Shown here: in pieces, positions 1 to 13,612 of the stretch
Layout: the number at the start of each line of letters is the position of its first letter
How positions within the stretch are numbered: position 1 is the first letter of the stretch
DNA from: Scenedesmus sp. PABB004
Taxonomy: Eukaryota
Assembly (NCBI GenBank): GCA_014905635.1
Contig: JABVCE010000010.1
Location: 434,001 to 498,000, forward strand
Direction of reading: 5' to 3'
DNA length: 64,000 bases
Made by a program: the position numbers and the translations under genes
Notes under the pieces: generated by a model
Database searches by the model: none
Seen by the model: the letters and a program-made list of their open reading frames with translations, nothing else
Told to the model about the DNA's origin: nothing

Positions 1-57
1 CCCCGGCGCGCGCGCAGCGCACGACCCGCCGCGGCTGCGCCGCGGCCGTGGCGCCAG

Positions 58-379
58 GCATCATCCGCCGCGCCGCGGAGCACATCCTCGCGCTTGCCGC
101 CGCGGCGCGGTCCAAGGCCAAGCCCGGCGAGAGCGTGGCGGTGCGGGCGTATGCGCTTGAGCTCTACAACGAGGAGCTGCGCGACCTCAGCAGCCGCGTG
201 CCCGCGGGCGCGCCCGCAGCGGGCGACCGCGAGCCCGGCGGCGGCGGCGCCGCCGAGCCCGCCGTGCGCATCGCGGAGCGCCCGGTCGGCAAGGACGGGC
301 GCTGCGTGCCCGAGGTGCGGCGCGGGCGCGGGCGCGGGCGCGGGCGCAGCCACCCCGTCCTAGGGTGCGCGCGCGGGTC

Positions 380-412
<33 letters not shown>

Positions 413-3400
413 CCGTCGGCGCTGCGCCAGCGCAGGTCGTGGGCGTGAACACGGTGGAGGTGGGCGACGCCGAGTCGCTCGTCTCGTTCTTTGCCGGCGC
501 GTTTGAGAACCGCGCGGTCGCGGCGACCAAGATGAACGGCAGCAGCAGCCGCAGCCACGCGATCTACACCGTGCTGCTCAGCCGCACGCTGCCCGACGTC
601 AGCGAGGGCGGCGACAAGGCGCGCGCACGGCGCGGCGCGCGCCCCGCGCGCCCACCGGCGCCTCGGGCCTCGCGCGCGCGCGCGTGGTGGCCTTGCCCCG
701 GCGGCCAGCGCCCTCTGCTCGCTCCCTCGGTCTCTTGGCCCCACACTCACATGCACGCGCACGCGCACACGCGCACACAACACCCGTGTGCCTGCAGGTG
801 CGCACGGTGCGCGTGGAGAGCCGGTTCAACCTGGTCGACCTCGCCGGCAGCGAGCGCGTCAAGCGCAGCGGCGTGACCGGCGCGGCGTTCAAGGAGGCCG
901 TCCACATCAACGGCGGCCTGCTCGCCCTTGGCAACGTCATCGTCGCGCTCTCGGGCGGAGCACACGACCCCGCGCCGCCGCCGCCGGCGCCGCCCGGCGA
1001 GCGCGGCGCGGCGCCGCCGCCGCAGGGCGAGCCGCCCGGCGGCGGCGGCGCCAAGAAGCACATCCCCTACCGGTGGGCCGGGGCCCGGGGCGGCGGCCGC
1101 TCCGCCGCGCCTGCCGCCGCGGCCGCCCGCCGCTGACCGACCGCGCCTGGGACCGCACCCGACGCTCGCGCCAGGGACTCCAAGCTCACGCGCCTGCTGC
1201 AGGACAGCCTCGGCGGCTCCGCGCTGACGGTGCTCGTGTCGTGCGTGTCGTGCTGCGAGGCCGACTTTGAGGAGACGAGCTCGACGCTCAAGTACGCCAA
1301 CCGCGCGTGCCGCATCAAGAACTCGCCCCTGCCCAACGCGCAGCTGCTGCTGGAGGAGGACCTGCTGCCGCTGCTGCCGGGCGGCGCCGGCGGCGGCGGC
1401 GGCGGGGGCGGCGGGGGCATGTCTATGATGCAGATGCAGGTGGGCGCTTGGCCGGCGGGCAGCCGGGCAGCTCGCCGGCGATCCATCCAGCGGCGCGAGC
1501 TGGCGGGAAGCCGCGCCGGGGGCGAGGTTCAGCGCGCCGCGCGGCGCCCGAGCCGAGCCCCCGCGGCCCGCCGCGCCGCCGCCGCCGCCGCAGCTGCTGC
1601 TGGCGGAGCACGCGCGCATGAAGGAATCGCGCGACCGGCTGGAGGCGGAGCGGAAAGAAAAGGAGGAGAAGCGCGCGGCGGACCTCAGGCGCGGCGCGCG
1701 CTGGGCGTGCTGGGCGGTGTGGGCGGCGGGCGGCGGCGGCGCGGCGCGGCGCGGCGGAGGGTGGCAGCGTGCGTGCGTCAACACGGCGCTGCGCGCGCGC
1801 AGGGCGATGCGCGAGGCGGAGACCAAGGCGCCGGGCTTCCAGCGCCTGCGCATGGCGGCGTATGACGAGCTGCGCAAGAAGGCGGCCAGCAGCCACGGCG
1901 GCCGCCTCGGCAAGGGCGAGGTGCGACGCGCGCGCGCGCGCGGGCGGCGGGGGACCCACGCTGCCGCGGCAGCCCGCGCCGCGCCGCGCAGCGTGCGCGC
2001 TGAGCGGCGCGGCCTGGTCTCCCCCGCGCGGCTCCCCCCGCAGGTCATCGGCGACGACTCGCTCGCGGGCTTCAAGAAGCGGGGGCCGTCGGCGTCGGAG
2101 GGCGAGGGCGCCGACGCGGCGGGCGACGGGCGGCCGTCGTACATGCGGCCCACCAGCCGCGTCGGCAGCAGCCCGCCGCCAAGCAGCCGCGGGCGGCCCA
2201 GCAGCGCGCGCCTGTACAGCAACGCGCGGCCGCGCGCGGGCAGCGCTGTCGCGAGCTCCTGGGACGGCGGACAGCTGCCCCGCGCGCCCGGGCCCACCGC
2301 GCCGCCCGACGTCCTGGCGGTGGACGCGGTGGACGCCGAGGCGGAGGCGGCGGCCGAAGCGGACGACGAGGACGCCGCGGTGCTGGCGGGCGCGGGGGCC
2401 AGCTGCAGCGACGACGGCGCGGCGCCGGCCGCGCCGGCCGGCGGCGCGCCGAACTGCGCGGGCGCGGGCGAGCTGGGCGCCGGCGGCCGCGGCCTGGCCG
2501 TGGCGCTGAAGCAGGCCTCGGCCAAGGCCGCGGTGCTCGCTGGTGAGGCCGGCCGCAGCGCGGGGGCGCGGGGCCCGCCGTGCCGTTCGCGCCGCAGCCC
2601 AGCGGGGCTGATGCGTCGTCCGCCGGCACTGCCGCCGCCGCCCCGCTCCCTGCAGTGGACGAGGGGACCTGCATGTCGCCGCGCGGCGGAGATGCCAGCG
2701 ACACCATCAAGGCGGTCTACGACCCCTGCGGCGACACCGACGCGGCCGCGACGGCAGCGCCCGAGCCGAGCACAGGCGCCGGCGCCGCGGCGGCGGCCGC
2801 AGCCGCAGCCGTGGCGCCGGCGGGCGCCGCGCCGGGCGCGGCCGGCGGCGGCGGCGGCGGCAGGGCCGGCGCGGGCCCCGTGTTCTCGGTGCTCTCGTTC
2901 GCGCCGCCCGAGCCCACCGCGCCCGCGCCCGCGGCGGCGGCGGCGCCCGAGCCCGCCGCCGCGCGCGCAGAGCCGCCGCCGCCGCCGCCGCCGCCGGAGC
3001 TTCTGGCGCGCTTCAGAGTCAACACGCGCGACACGCTGTCGGTGTTCCGCGTGGTGAGCGCCGAGGACCTCGCCGACGTCGCGGGCCTGCTGCCGCCCAA
3101 CACGTCGCTGCCCGCGGCGGACCGCATGACCTACCTCATCGCGCGCCTCGAGGTGGGTTTCGGGCCTAGCGCCCGCGGCGGCCGGGGCGCGCAGGGCCCG
3201 GGGTCCGGGCCCGCCCGAGGGAGGCGCCGCGGCAAGGAGGGCGCTGACCCGCGCGCACCGCGCGCCGGCCCGCCGCCCGCAGCTGCAGGCCTTCACGAGC
3301 GAGGCCCTCGCCGCCGCGCTCGCGGCCGTCGCGGCGGGGCGGCCCGGTGCGAGCATGGCGGGCTGCGTGGGGCCCGCGGTCGGGTGCCTCATGGCCACGT

Positions 3401-4319
3401 TTGGCACGAGCCTCATCTCGGACTGCATCTACGAATTCGACGACCCCGAGGCCCTCGCCGGCACGGGCCTGCACCAGCGCCTCGAGCTCTGGGGCCTGCA
3501 GGCGCGCGGGGCTGGGCGCGGCCGGCTGCGCGAGCAGGCGGCGGCGCGCGCGCGGGCGGCGGGCGCGGCACGCGCGCTGACAACGCTGCCGCCGCGCGGC
3601 CGCCGCCGCCGCAGATCCCGCACACGCCCATCCGGCCGACGCTCGCGCCGCCGGAGGGCGACGCCGGGGCGGCGGCGGGCTCGCCGCCGCCAACGCAGCA
3701 GCACCAGCAGCAGCACCAGCACCAGCAGCAGCAGCACCAGCAGCAGGCGCGGCCGAGGTCGCCGGGGCCCGGCGAGCCCGGCGCGCGGCGCGCCAGCGGC
3801 GCCGCGCCCGCCGGCGGCCGCGCGGGCCCGGCGCTGGCCGCCGGCGGCGCGGCGGGCGCCGACGCGCCCGCGGCGGCGCCGCCGGGCGACGACGGCGGCG
3901 GCGGCAGCGGCGCGTGCTGGAGCTCCACCGACCGGCTCAACGTGTCGGTCGGCCTGCTCTACGCCCTCTGCGCGCTCGCGCGCGACGTCGGCGCGGTCGC
4001 CGGCTTCTGCGTGCCGCGCCCGCAGCTGCTGCGCCGCTGGCTGCAGGTGCGGCGGGGGCGCGCGGGCGCCGCGCGGCTCGCCGCCCGCGCGCCGCGCGCC
4101 GCCCACCGCCCCTGCCTCCGCGCGGCGCGGCGCGGCGCGCAGGCGGGCGTGCGCATGCGCCAGGTGTGCGGCCCCGCGCGGCTCATCTACCCGCCCGCGG
4201 CGCACGACCACGCCTACTACAAGGCCAGCACCGTGGCATACTTCATGGTCGACGAGGTCGCCGACTCGCTCAACCGCGTGCTCTCCACCTGCGCCGCGCG
4301 CGGCGGCGGCGGCGCGTAG
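58..4319 (+). CDS. Kinesin motor protein (kinesin-4-like), 5' end outside window, long C-terminal tail
   Basis: Spliced motifs [10 protein letters not shown], switch [13 protein letters not shown], switch [43 protein letters not shown]. Downstream exons continue to TAG 4317-4319; the tail assignment is less certain. Confidence 0.9.
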
Positions 4320-4504
4320 TGCGGCTGCAGCGCGCGGCGCCGGGGCGGGACTCCGGGGGCCGTGTGACGGCCGCGGTTTGCCGGGCCGCCGCGCCGCGCC
4401 CGGCCACCGCCAGGCCGCCGCCAGGCCGCCGCCGCGCGCCCATCGCCCCAGCTCCCGCAGCACGGCGCCGCCCGCCCCGCGCGCGCGCCGCCCGCGACCA
4501 GGCG

Positions 4505-7500
4505 ATGCTCCTGCTGCGCCGCTGCAGCGGCGCACCGACCCGCCTCGCGGCGGGCAGCTGGCGGCGCGCGGCGCCCGCGTCCGGCAGGCCGGGTCTCGTT
4601 AGGGCGCTCCGGCACGCGCGCTTGCTGTCGTGCGGCGCCTCGGCAACGGGCGGCGCCGAAAACGACGGGATGGCGCCGTCGACGGCGCCTAAGCACACCA
4701 ACCGGCTGGCGCAGGAGCAGAGGCGAGTGTTCAAACGCATCTTCGCGACGATCGGGGCACGATGCGCCGCGCAGAGCCGCCTGGATCGCGCGGCGCGGCG
4801 CGCCGCGCGCGGCGCCGCAGCGGCCGCTGACGCCGCCGCGCCGCGACCGCTGCCGCGCGCCACATGCCGCGCCCCCGCAGCCCCTACCTGCTGCAGCACG
4901 CCCACAACCCGGTGGACTGGTGGCCCTGGTGCGAGGAGGCGTTCGAGGCGGCGCGGGCGCAGGGAAAGCCCATCTTCCTCAGCGTGGGTTACGCGACCTG
5001 CCATTGGTGGTGCGGGCCGCGCGGCGGGGCGGTCAGCGCGCCGGAACGCGCGGCGTCGCAGCCGGCGCGCCGCCGCCGCGCCCGCCGCCGCGCGCGCCGC
5101 CCCACCTCGCGCCGCGGCGCGCCCCCCGGCCCCGGCCGCCGCGCAGCCACGTGATGGAGGGCGAGTCGTTTGAGAGCGAGGGCACCGCGGGCGTGATGAA
5201 CGCGCACTTCATAAACGTGAAGGTCGACCGCGAGGAGCGGCCAGACGTGGACCGCGTCTACGTGCGCGCGCGCCGGGGGCGGGGCGGCGGCGGAGGGGGC
5301 CGGGGCCGCGCGGCGCGGCGCAGCGGGGCGGCGGCTGGGGCAGCGCCGCGCGCACGCTCTCGAGAGCCGCCGCCGCCGCCGGGGCCGCCGCTGCGCGCGC
5401 GTGCGCGCCGCGACCAACTGAGAGCCGCCGCCGCCGCCGCGCCGCGGCGCGGTCGTGCGCGTCAGATGACGTTTGTTCAGGCCATGACGGGCCGGGGCGG
5501 CTGGCCGATGAGCGTGTGGCTCACGCCGGAGCTGGAGCCCTTCTACGGTGGCACCTACTACCCGGGTGGGCGGGGCGCGGATCGCTGCGGCGTGGCTGCG
5601 CTGCTGCGGCGCTGCTGGTTGGGCATTGCTTGTTGCTGGAGGGGCGCGGAGAAGCGGGCGCGCGCGCCGCCCGCTCAGCCCTTGCCCGCGCACGCGCCGC
5701 CGCCGCCACGCCGGCGCGTCTCTGCAGCCAAGGACGCGCACGGCATGCCCAGCTTCACCACCGTGCTGAAGCGCATCGCCTCGCTCTGGGACTCGGACCG
5801 CGACGCGCTCACCAAGCAGGCGCGACGGGGGGATCTCTCGCCGCCCCACGCACCGCGCCGCCGCCGCCGCTGACGCCGCCGCGCGCCGCGCCCGGGGCGA
5901 ACTCAGGCGTCCGACATCATGGCCCAGCTGCAGGAGCTCACCGCGCCGGCGTCGCCGCGCGGCGCCGGCGCCGGCGGCCCGCCCGACGCGGCGGCGCTCG
6001 TCGCGTGCGTGCACGCGTGCGCGCGCGCGCTGCTCAAGACGCACGACGCCAAGCTCGGCGGTGCGCGCCCGCGCCGGCCGGCGCGCGCGGCGGCGGCGGC
6101 GCACCCGCCCTCGGCAGGGCAGCACCGCCAGCGGCTCGCGCCCACCGACCCGTCGCCGACTCGCGCTGCGCCGCCCGCGCGTGCACGCAAGGCTTTGGCG
6201 GCGCGCCCAAGTTCCCGCGGCCCGCTGAGATCAACATCCTGCTGCGCGCCGCACTGCTGGAGCAGCAGGCACGCCCCCGCGGCCGGCCGGCCGTCGCCGC
6301 GTCCCGCGCGCGCCGCGCCATGCCGCCGGCGCGCCGCTCCGCATGCTCACCGCGCCCGCGCCGCTCACCGCGCCCGCGCCGCTCACCGCGCCGCGCCACC
6401 GCGCCGCGCAGGGCGCCGACGCGCCCGGCGCGCCGCCCGCGGGCGCGTGCCTCGGCGCCGCGCTGCGCACGCTGGGCGCGATGGCGGCCGGCGGGCTGTA
6501 CGACCACCTGGGCGGCGGCTTCCACCGCTACTCCGTGGACGAGCTCTGGCACGTCCCGCACTTTGAAAAGGCGCGACAGCTGCGGCGGCGCCGGCAGCGG
6601 CGGCGGCGGCGGCGGCGCGGCGGGGCGCGCGGCGGCGGCCCTGCGCGCCCGCCCGCCCGCCCGCCCGCGCGCCGCTGACGCGCGCGCGCCCCCCGCGCCG
6701 TCCCTCGCGTTGCCTCGCCGCGTCTGGCGGCCGCCGCGCGCGCCAGATGCTGTATGACAACCCCCAGCTCGCGCTGACCTACCTGGAGGCCTTCCGCGCG
6801 ACGCTCGCCGTGCAGTGCGGCGCCGGCGGCGACGCCGCGGGCGCGCCCGCGCCCGGCGGCGAGCACGGCGGCGGCGCCGACGGCGCCGGCGCCGGCGACG
6901 CGGCCGCACCGCGCCTGCACGGCAGCGTGGTGCGTGGCGTGCTGGACTACCTGCGCCGCGACATGACGCACCCGGAGGGCGGCCTCTTCTCCGCCGAGGT
7001 GAGCCACACCGCGCCGGCCGGGCGCCGGCCGGGCCGGGGCCGCCGCGCCGCCGCGCCGTGTCTGCGCGGCTGCCCGCGCGGCGTGCGCGGCGGCCGCGCG
7101 CGGCCGCCCCTCCGAACCGCCCCTCTGCCTCTGAGCCGCCCCGCCGCGCCCGCAGGACGCCGACTCGCTCGACCCGGCGGACGGCAAGAAGAAGGAGGGC
7201 GCCTTCTACGTGTGGACGGCCGACCAGGTCGCGTCCGCGCTCGCCGGCGACGCGGCGGGGGCGGCGCTGGTGGCCGAGGTCTACGGCGTGGCGCCCGACG
7301 GCAACGCGGGGCGCTCGCCGCGCAGCGACCCGCACGGCGAGTTCGGGGGCAAGAACGTGCTCGCCCAGGTGATGCCGCCGCGCGGCGCCCGCGCGGCGCG
7401 CCCGCGCCCGCCGTGCCGCTGGCGCATCTGCCGCCGCTGACGTCTCTGCCATCGCCCCCGCCGCCGCCTGCGGCGCGACAGATGAAGCGCCTGCAGGACG

Positions 7501-9327
7501 CCGCGCCGGTGGCCGGGGGCGAGCTGAGCGTCGACGCGGCAGAGGCGGCGCTCGGCGGCGCACGCGCAAAGCTGTTTGCGGTGCGCGCCACGCGCCCGCG
7601 GCCGTCCCTGGACGACAAGGTGGGGCGGCGCGCAGGGGGCGCGCGGGGGGCGGGGCCGTGCTGCGCCCGCGGTGGTGGCGCGCGCCTCCCGCCCGCCGGC
7701 GCCCCCACTCACACGCGGCGCCCCCGCGCCGCGTCGCAGATCGTGACCGCCTGGAACGGCCAGGCGATCAGCGCGTTTGCGCAGGCGGCGCGCACGCTGC
7801 CCGCGGAGCGCCCGCCGCCGCCGGCGTGCCACCCCGTCGCGGGCACGCCGCCGGGGGACTACCTGGCGGCCGCGCTTGCGGCCGCGCGCTTCGTGCGCGC
7901 GCAGCTCTGGGACGAGGCGGCCGGCCGGCTGCGCCGCGCGTACTGCAAGGCGCCGGGCGCGGTCGAGGGTGCGCGCGCGCCGGCCGCGGCCCGCTCGGCC
8001 TCTGACCGTCACAGCGCGCCCGCTCGGTGACGCCGCCGCTCATTAACCCTTGTTGCCCGCACACGCCCTTCAAACCACAACCACTTCAAACCCACGCAGG
8101 CTTTGCCGACGACTATGCGCTGCTCATCGCCGGCCTGCTGGACCTGTTTGAGGCCGGCGGCGGCGCCGAGTGGCTGGCCTGGGCGGCCACGCTGCAGGAC
8201 ACGCTCGACGCGACGTTCTGGGACGACGAGGGTGCGCCCTGCGCCCTGCACTGCTGCGCTGTGTGCTGCTACACTGCGCTGCTTACGCGCTGCTGACGCG
8301 CTGCTGCGCTGCGCGGCGCGCTCTGCCGCCGCCGACGACGCCGACGCCCCGCGCCGCGCACGCCACTGCAGGCGGCTACTTCCAGGGCAGCGGGTGCGAC
8401 GCGAGCATCAAGCTGCGGCTGAAGGAGGACTATGACGGCGCGGAGCCCGCCGCGTCGAGCGTCGCGGCGGCCAACCTCATCCGCCTCGCCGCGCTGCTCC
8501 CGCACGGCGGTGCGGCGCGCTGCGCTGCCGCTGCCGCCGCTGCTGCGGCGCGGCGCGGCGTGGCGCTGACGACGGCACGGCGCGGCGCGGCGCGGCGCGG
8601 CGCGGCGCTGACGGCGCCCGCCCGCACGCCCCGCGCGCGCGCCGCGCGCCGGCGCGCAGCGAGCCCGAGCGCCGCGGGCGGCGCGCCGCAGCTGCCGTAC
8701 GGGGAGCGCGCCGACATGCTGCTCGCTGGCTTCGCCGACCGCCTAGCCAAGGCGCCGATCGCCCTGCCGCAGATGGCGGTCGCGGGCTGGCTGCGAGCGC
8801 GCGCGCCGCTGCGCCAGGTGCGCGCCGCGGCGCAGCCGCCTGCCGGGCCAGCGCGCTGGCCGCGCCCCGGGGCACGGCGGTGAAGCGCGCCGCGCCGCCG
8901 CCGCCGGCAGGTGATCATTGCGGGCGACCCGGAGCACCCCGGCACCGTGGCGCTGATCGAGGCGGCGCACGCGGCGTGGGCGCCCGACAAGGCGCTGCTG
9001 CTGCTCGACCCCTGCGACGCCGGCAGCGCCGCGTTCTGGCGGCAGCACAACCCCGAGGCCTGGGCCATGGTGCTCGCACACTTTGCTCGCGCACGCCCCG
9101 AGGCGGCCGCACCCGCGCCGGCGGGCGCCGACGCGTCCGCGGCGCCTGGGGGCGCGGCGGCCGACGGCGTGCTGCCGGCGGGCTCGGCCGAGCCGACCGC
9201 GTTTGTGTGCCAGAACTTCACCTGCCAGGCGCCCACGACCAGCCCGGAGCGGCTCTACGAGCTGCTGTCGGCACGAAGCGGCGGCGGCGCCGGCGGCGCC
9301 CCAACGCTCACGCCCGTGCAGCTGTGA
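4505..9327 (+). CDS. SPATA20: SPATA20/YyaL-like thioredoxin-domain (DUF255) protein, multi-exon
   Basis: [120 protein letters not shown]. Confidence 0.93.
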
Positions 9328-9633
9328 GCCCGGCGGCGGGCGGGGCGGCGGCGGCGCAGGAGTGGTGGTCGCGCAGGAGCGGCGAGTTTTGGCGTTGCTG
9401 CCGCCGCCGTGCGCGGCCGGCAGGGAAGATTGATCGTGGCAGGCAGGACGGTGTTGGTTCGCGCGCGCGCGTTGGTGCAACGGTCGGTCGTGTCGCTTGC
9501 ATCCCGAGCCGCCTGCGTGTCAGTGCGCCCCCCGCCCCCAGCGCAGCTGCGTGCTGTACAGCCGGGCGCGCGCCACGCTGCCTCTCCGGCGGCTGCGGCG
9601 CGCACGTGCGCGCGCATGCGCGGCCGCCCTGCG

Positions 9634-12600
9634 TCACCGCAGGGGCCCGCCGCCGCCGGCGCCGGCGCCGCCGCTCCCCGCGCCGAGCGCGGACAGCAGG
9701 GCCTCGCTGTTGAGCACGTCGCTGCCGCCGAGCAGCACGCGCATGCCGCCGCCGCGCGCGTTCCACTCGGCCACCGCCTTGGCCTCTTCGTACGTCGAGC
9801 CGCCGAGGATGACCACGATGGCCTCCGCCGGCGGCCGCGCCCGGTACGCCGACTGCCAGGCCAGCGCCTCGTCCTGCGGCGCGGCGGGCGCGGGCCGATG
9901 ACGCGGCGCGTGGGCGGGTGCGGCGCGGCGACACTGTGGCCGCGCGGGGTGGCGGGCGGGGCGGGGCACGGCGCGGCGTGCGCGCCTGCGTGCCGGCGGC
10001 GTAGGGGTAGGCCGCGGCGCTGAGGTCGTTGGCCGCCAGCAGGCGCAGCGTGTCGGCGAGCAGCGGCACGTGCTGCGTGTACACGTTGTCCACGCCCTGG
10101 GGCGGGGCGGGAGGCGGGGCGGCGCGTGACGAGGGCGCGTGACGAGGCGGGGTCGGGGCCCCGCGGCGCTGCAGCCGCGCTTGGCGGCGCCTGCGCGGCG
10201 CGCCGCGGCCGCCGCGCCTGCAGGCCCTTGAAGACGTTCTTCGCCTTCAGCAGGATGTTGCCGCCGCCCCAGAGGTCGCCCGCGCGCCTGGCGGCAGGCA
10301 GAACGGGCGTGCGGCGGTCGCGAGAGGAGCCCGTCCACCGCGGCCGGCGCGGCGCGCCCTGCCGCCGCGGCGCGAGACGCGGGCGGGCGCGCGGGCCGCA
10401 CCGCTCGCGCCCCGCGTAGGCCAGCACGGCCGCCGCCGCGGCGTAGAGCCCCGGCGCCGCGTCGCGCACGCCGGCGTCGGCGAGGCCGGCGAGCAGCGCC
10501 TGGGTGCGCTGCGCGTCCGACTCGAAGCGCAGGCTGTACAGCATCACCAGGCGCGCGCGGTCCTTGTGGCTGCACGGCCGGGCAGACAGGCGGGGCGCGG
10601 CGGCGCGCGGCGCGGCGTGGGCGGGGCCGCAGCGCGGCGCGACGCGGCGCGAGACGGCCCCCACTCCCGGAGCCGCGGGCGCTGCCGGCACGCGCCTGGT
10701 GTTGGCGTTGCGTATGAGCGCAGCGACCTCGTCGTACGCCGCCGCCGCGCCCAGCGCCGCCGCGGGGTTGGCCAGCTCCTGCTCCAGCTGCGCGGCGGCG
10801 GCGGCGGCGGCGGCGGCGGGGGCGCGTGCTCGAGCGGGGCCGCGGCGACGCAGCGCTGCCGCGGCAGCCTCGAGCCCCCCCCCCCCCTCCCTCCCTCCCT
10901 CTCTCCGTTCCCTCCCTCGCCGTCCCACCCCCCTCAGGCAGCGGCGCGGCGCGCTCACCGTCGACACGTCCATGAGCCCCCGCCGCGCGACCTCCTCGCT
11001 GAGCTGCGTCACGATGTTGACGTGCTTTGTGATCGCGCCCTGCGCGCGGCTGAAGTCCGAGTGCTCCAGGATGAAGCGCCGCATGTCCTCCAGGCTCGAC
11101 ACCTGCCGGCGCACACGGGGGCGGCGGCGGCCCGCAAGGCGGCGGGGCGCTGAGCAGCGCGGGCGCTGGCACGCCGTGGCCGGACCTCGCGGCCCAGCCG
11201 CGCCCCGCGGCCGCGCCGCGCTGCGCCGCCATGCCGCCGCCGCGCCTGCTTGTGCGCGGCGCTGGCGCTCGCGAACGCGTCGACCGCCGCCTTCACGCTC
11301 AGCCCGACCTCGCCGTAGTTGGAGTACTGGTGCCGCGCGTAAAACTCGTCGCTCGCCGCGTCGACGACCACCTCGCTGCGCGCGCACAGCGCACGCGCGC
11401 AGACGGCGCGGGTGGGCCGAGGGGCCAAGAGCCCCGCTCTCGACGGCGGGCCAGGGGGCGGGCCGGAGCGCCCAGCGTGCGCGGCGCGCGGCGCGCGGCG
11501 CACCGCTGGTCGGGCGGGACCTTGGCGCTCGTGAGGACCGCGGTGCCGTCGCGGATGCCGATGGCCTCGTGGATCATCGCCTCGTACGTCCACTGCGTCA
11601 GCAGCGGCGTCACCGGGTCGTCGCAGCGGTCGAGCAGCAGCACCACCGGCGCGGCGCGCGACCCAAAGTCAAACACGGCCGGCTGCGGCGGGCGGTGAGG
11701 CGACGAGGCGGTCGGCGGGCGCACCGCGGGGCGCCACGGGGCGCCGCTGCTGCCAGCAGCACGCCAGAGGCCTGCCAGGGGTGGGGGGGCCTGCCAGGCG
11801 CTGCGCTGCGCGCCCGGCGCGCGCGCCTGCTGGCGGTAGGTCAGCCCGTACAGCCCCTCCGCGACGCGCCGCGCCGGCTCGCTGCCGCGCTGGTAGCGGA
11901 TGACCGGCCGCCGCCGCAGCGCCAGGAAGAGCGCCGACAGCCCCGCCACGAGCCGGTCCACCGCCTCAAACCTGCGCGGCGCGGCGCGGACGGGCGCGCG
12001 TGCGGGCGTGGGCGTGGGCGTGGGCGTGGGCGCGGGCGGGCGCGGGCGTGCGCGGCGCGCGTGCGTGCGCCGCCGCGTGCGCGGGCGCGTGTGCTCACTC
12101 GGACGCGCCGAGCGCCTGCGCGGCGCGTGGGTTTATGAGCACCGCGTTGGCGGGCACAGGGACGACAAAGTGGTGCGGCGCGAGGGCGATGAAGTCGGCA
12201 TAAAACTCCTGGGACAGCGGGGCACGGCGGGGCACAGCGGAACATGGTGGGGCAGGGGGGCAGGGGGGCAGTGAGCGCGGCGCGGCGGCGGAGCGAGGCC
12301 GCCGCGCGCCGCCGTGCTGCGCGCCGCCGCCCGCTCGCCGCCGCCGCCGTGCTGCTCGCGGCCGTAGCTGCGGGCGCGGCGCCGCGGCGGCGTGGCCCAC
12401 CTGCACTTGCTGCACCTGCTCCTTGACCGCGTCCGCCTCGGCGACGTCCTGCAGGTGCATCTGGCTCACCAGGTTGGTGAAGTCTGCGGCGGAGGCGCGG
12501 CCGGGCCGCCGGGGGCGCGTGGGCGCGCGGGCCCAGCGCTGCCGGGCGGCCGGACGCCGCGCGGCGCGTCGCGCGGGGCAGCGAGGGCGGCGCGCTGCTC

Positions 12601-13158
12601 ACAGAGGTGATACGACTGGAAGCGCGGCGCGCGCAGCTCGCGCTTGAGCGCCGTGACGTTCTCCCGCGTCGGCCGCACGAACACCAGCGCCTGCGGCGGC
12701 GCCGGGGCGGCGGTTGGGCGGCGGCGCCAACCGCCGCTGCTCGCGCCGCGCCCGCTGCTGTGCCACCGCCGTGCGCGCCCGCCGCGCGCGCCGGGCCGGC
12801 CCGGCGCTGCCGCCGGCGCTGCCGGCGGCGCTGCCGGGCCGTGGCGAGGCTGCAGGGCAGCCCGGTGCCGGCGCGGCGGCGGGCGCGGCGGCGCGCGGAC
12901 CTTGAGCTCGAGGTGCTGCGCTGTCTCGCCGGCGTCCATGCGCTCGATGGCCACCACGCTGTGCTCCGCCAGCTCGGTGCGGCCGAACTGCGTGCTCACT
13001 ATGCGCAGCGTGTCGCGGTCGAGCAGCAGCGCCTTGTAGCCGGGGACCTCGCCCACCATGGCGAGGATGTAGGCCCGCACAATGCGCGTGAGGTGCATGC
13101 CCGCCAGCGCCTCGCTGCGCTCCTTGTCCAGCGCCACGGCGCCCGCGCGGGAGCCCAT
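9634..13158 (-). CDS. VPS45: Sec1/Munc18-family vacuolar protein sorting 45
   Basis: GYKALLLDRDT, FVRPTRENV, LLLDRCDDPVTPLLTQWTYEAMIHE, ITKHVNIVTQLS, NVYTQHVPLL, ILGGSTYEEA. Confidence 0.93.
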
Positions 13159-13612
13159 GGCGGAGGGCCCTGCTGCTGCGGCGGCGCGGCGCGGCGCTCA
13201 CATCGGCGGCGCGCGCTGACTGCCCGCCGCGGGGGCTGTGGGGGCCGAATTGAGGCCGGGCGCGGGCTGGGAGCTGTGCAGTCGTGCCGGGCGCGGCCGT
13301 CGGGGCCCACCCTGCGCTGCGGCGGCTCGGGCAGCCGCGCGGGCGGGCGGTCGTTGGGGTGCAACGGCGCGGCGCAGCGCTGGCACGCGCCGGCCACCCC
13401 CGCAGCGCCGACAGCGCGCGCGCTCACACACATTCACCGGAGCTGTCAACGCGTCGCGTCACCAGCGCCCCCAGCAGCTCGCAGCCGCGCAGCCGCGGCG
13501 CGCACGACAACGGCGTTTGAGCGAGCGCCAACCGCCGCCGCGCCCGGCGCCTGCTGCGGTCGGGAGCGCGACTCAGCGTGAGACCTGGTCAGGTTGATCG
13601 GCCTGGGCCACC

